Of a stretch of DNA of 64,000 bases, positions 61,665-64,000 are shown piece by piece. A program made the translations under genes and the position numbers. The notes below the pieces were generated by a model. The model searched no databases. It was not told where the DNA came from and saw only the letters and a list, made by a program, of their open reading frames with translations. The stretch is from a virus. Within the stretch, counting starts at the first letter, position 1; each line of letters begins with the position of its first letter. The stretch lies in UHGV virus genome UHGV-0225074, one strand, 5' to 3'.

Positions 61665-61951
61665 GAAAGTGTTTGCTTGCCATATTCCTCTCTGTAATCA
61701 TGCTTGTTGGATGCGAGTCTCCACAGAAGGTAGTTCCAGTGGTTGAGAAGTTTAATCCCTCTGAGGTGCTTTCTAAGCCGCCTGCTCACGCGATGATTCC
61801 CCCTTCTGACCCAACACCACTTCCCTATGGTGCTGATAACGCTAAAAACAGTGCTATTGTTAAGAAAAATAATCTTGAAGCAGCAGATACACGTAGCAAA
61901 TTGCTTATCCTTCAGGCATACATTCGTAACATATTTACACCTCAAAAGTGA
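61661..61951 (+). CDS. o-spanin (Rz1-like lipoprotein)
   Basis: Signal peptide with LVGC lipobox; Pro-rich; overlaps i-spanin stop. Confidence 0.55.
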   Translation: MRKCLLAIFLSVIMLVGCESPQKVVPVVEKFNPSEVLSKPPAHAMIPPSDPTPLPYGADNAKNSAIVKKNNLEAADTRSKLLILQAYIRNIFTPQK

Positions 61952-61959
61952 TTGACAAG

Positions 61960-61990
61960 GCCCTTATTTCGTGATAAGGGCTTTATTTTT
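61960..61990 (+). terminator. rho-independent terminator
   Basis: GCCCTTAT-ttcgtg-ATAAGGGC hairpin followed by TTTATTTTT. Confidence 0.7.
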
Positions 61991-62040
61991 ATGATCTTTC
62001 GTGGTAAAATCCTCCTATAGCATATAATAATGGAGGTCCT

Positions 62041-63540
62041 TTGAGTACAACTTTTGGACCCGCCAGCCCCAAGCAGAAAATGATCCTGGAAAACAAGGCG
62101 CAAATCCTGATCATTGGGGGCGCTGCGGGATCAGGTAAATCTTACCTGTTGCAACTTATGCCCTTAGCCTTAATAGATGACCCTCGATCAAACTGTATCA
62201 TGTTCCGAAGACTTACACCGCAGATTGTCGGTGCGGGCGGTTTGTATGAAACAGCTCGTGGTATCTATAGTGAATTATCGCCTGAGTGGAAGCCGCGCTT
62301 CCGAGAAAAAGACCTGAAGGCTATCTTCCCTTCGGGTGCAAAAGTTAAATGGTCGCACATGGAATATGAGAAAGACAAGCTTTCTCATCAGGGTCTTCAG
62401 TATACTTTTGTAGGGTTTGACGAAGGAACACAGTTTGAATGGACGCAGATCGAATATCTGATGTCTCGTTTACGTTCCGAATCTAAATACCCAAGCCGTA
62501 TGGTCATCTCTTGTAACCCTGATCCTGATCATAAGATTAAAGAGCTGATAGATTGGTATCTCGACGAGGATGGTTATCCTATCCCAGAACGTGATGGTGT
62601 TATCCGTTGGTTCATCCGTCGTGATGGTGATTTCATTTGGGGTGATAGCGCAGAAGAATTAATTGAACGATACTGGGATGGTGAAGATATCCACAAGAAG
62701 CCTAAGCCGCTCTCCTTCTCGTTTATTAGTGCAACAATTTTCGATAATCCGCCAATGCTGGAAAACAACCCAGATTATCTTGCATTTCTTGAAGGTCTTC
62801 CTGAAGTTGAAAAAGCACAGCTGTTGTATGGTAACTGGAAGGTTCGCCCAGAAGGTGCAAACTATTTCCAAAGGTCTTTCTTGAAAGAAGTCGCGACGCT
62901 ACCTTTAGGCTGTACTTCTGTAAGACCATATGACAAGGCGGGAACTGAACGCTCAACAGGCAACAAGTTCCCTGACTTTACTGCATCGGTCAAGGTAAGT
63001 AAAGATACCGAGGGATTCTATTATCTTTCTGGTGACTATCACCCAGATTTTGTTGATGATGGTCCTTATTCTACCGGGACGCAGGGCCGCTTCTGTAAGA
63101 AGGCTGGCGAACGTGATGCAATTATCAAAAAACAAGCAGAACATGATGGCGATGATGTAACGATTATTTTCTCAGTTGACCCAGGCCAAGCTGGTATAAG
63201 CGAATTCCTCACCAGCTCAAGAGCATTGCTCGCGGATGGTTATGTAGTTGAGAAAGACCCTACGCCAGGCAACAAGTCGAAACTTACTCGTTTTGCACCA
63301 TTTGCCCAGCTTGCACAGCAAGGCTTTGTCCGTATTGTACGTAGTAGTTTTGATGCAAAGACATATGAAGCCCTCATGAATGAACTTGAGAAATTTAATG
63401 GCGAGCGAAGCACCGTGTCCCGTAAGGACGATTGGGTTGACGCCATCTCTTCAGGTATTAACTTCCTGGAGAAAACGGAGATCATCAGACCTGTCGTAAT
63501 CCCAAGGATTGTTGCTCCGACTATGTATACACGATTATAA
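62041..63540 (+). CDS. terL: terminase large subunit
   Basis: Walker A GGAAGSGKS; about 500 aa; terminase nuclease-like C-terminal half; GGAGGT RBS before TTG/ATG start. Confidence 0.8.
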   Translation: MSTTFGPASPKQKMILENKAQILIIGGAAGSGKSYLLQLMPLALIDDPRSNCIMFRRLTPQIVGAGGLYETARGIYSELSPEWKPRFREKDLKAIFPSGAKVKWSHMEYEKDKLSHQGLQYTFVGFDEGTQFEWTQIEYLMSRLRSESKYPSRMVISCNPDPDHKIKELIDWYLDEDGYPIPERDGVIRWFIRRDGDFIWGDSAEELIERYWDGEDIHKKPKPLSFSFISATIFDNPPMLENNPDYLAFLEGLPEVEKAQLLYGNWKVRPEGANYFQRSFLKEVATLPLGCTSVRPYDKAGTERSTGNKFPDFTASVKVSKDTEGFYYLSGDYHPDFVDDGPYSTGTQGRFCKKAGERDAIIKKQAEHDGDDVTIIFSVDPGQAGISEFLTSSRALLADGYVVEKDPTPGNKSKLTRFAPFAQLAQQGFVRIVRSSFDAKTYEALMNELEKFNGERSTVSRKDDWVDAISSGINFLEKTEIIRPVVIPRIVAPTMYTRL

Positions 63541-63555
63541 TAGAGGGGATGACTC

Positions 63556-64000
63556 GTGTCAAATCGCAGAAACAGAAAAAGAAAGAATGCGGTGGCAAAA
63601 GCAGGGAATGAAAACCTTGCTGTGAGTCGTGTCCGTACTGGAGAACTTGGTAGTGGAGCATTGTCTCAGATTCGTGCTGAATCTGAGATTATGAAGGTTG
63701 AAGAACTCCGCTGGCCTATGTTCCTCGCAACAGTGGATTCCATGAAGCAAGACCATACTGTTGCCACAGCGCTGGATACGAAATATGTTTTTGTCACCAA
63801 GGCTTTCAATGATTTTAAAATTCTTTTCAACCGAGATAGTGAAGAGTCTAAAAAAGCGGCAGATTTCGTCGAGTATGCTCTGAAGAATCTTGCTAACCAA
63901 CAGACGCTTCGCGATGTAGCGAGAAGTGCTGCGACATTTAACGAGTATGGTTTCTCTGTATTCGAAAAGGTCTACAGAACAGAATCCGCGCCATCTAAGT
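63556..64000 (+). CDS. putative portal protein, 5' partial (runs off window end)
   Basis: Open frame from GTG 63556 with GGGG RBS, directly after terminase; identity inferred from position only. Confidence 0.3.
   Translation, partial: MSNRRNRKRKNAVAKAGNENLAVSRVRTGELGSGALSQIRAESEIMKVEELRWPMFLATVDSMKQDHTVATALDTKYVFVTKAFNDFKILFNRDSEESKKAADFVEYALKNLANQQTLRDVARSAATFNEYGFSVFEKVYRTESAPSK

Overview
This 64-kb window looks like part of a virulent tailed dsDNA phage genome. Its gene content resembles Felix O1-like (Ounavirinae) phages; I infer this from the gene repertoire only. No database search was possible.

Layout, left to right:
- 1..2800: seven small rightward early genes with sigma70-like promoters.
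- 2850..4558: a gene-free, repeat-rich ~1.7-kb region where convergent transcription ends.
- 4559..47897: a leftward block of more than 100 tightly packed, often translationally coupled genes. Recognisable products include nrdA, nrdB, glutaredoxin, flavin-dependent thymidylate synthase (thyX-like), PhoH, GH19-like endolysin, ClpP-like protease, an NPPY DNA methyltransferase, a class II CCA-adding enzyme, a PTH2-like protein, an OAS/cGAS-like nucleotidyltransferase, EndoVII, a FEN/5'-3' exonuclease, a DEDD exonuclease, a NADAR-domain protein, an SPFH lipoprotein, a MazG-like protein, ATP-dependent DNA ligase, a Sir2-like protein, and a split RNA-repair set (P-loop kinase, Rnl2-like ligase, calcineurin-like phosphoesterase).
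- 47900..48150: a divergent promoter region.
- 48156..51048: a rightward operon of an HTH protein, a Prs-like protein and a Nampt-like protein, matching the recently described NARP1 NAD+ reconstitution pathway (Adps plus Namat).
- 51062..52256: small zinc-ribbon and acidic proteins.
- 52274..59694: a large tRNA array with about 23 canonical and about 6 atypical tRNA-like genes. An HNH homing endonuclease and three highly codon-optimised protein genes are embedded in it. A strong terminator at 59738..59768 closes the array.
- 59806..64000: a second nucleotidyltransferase-fold protein, an i-spanin/o-spanin pair, the terminase large subunit, and the start of a probable portal gene.

The most interesting content is a dispersed, NAD-centred set of genes that could counter host defences: the NARP1-like operon, NADAR, Sir2-like, SLOG/DprA-like, and the OAS/cGAS-like nucleotidyltransferase. 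Alongside it sits a tRNA-repair and tRNA-supply arsenal.

All tRNA boundaries and anticodons were folded by eye and need tRNAscan-SE or ARAGORN confirmation.
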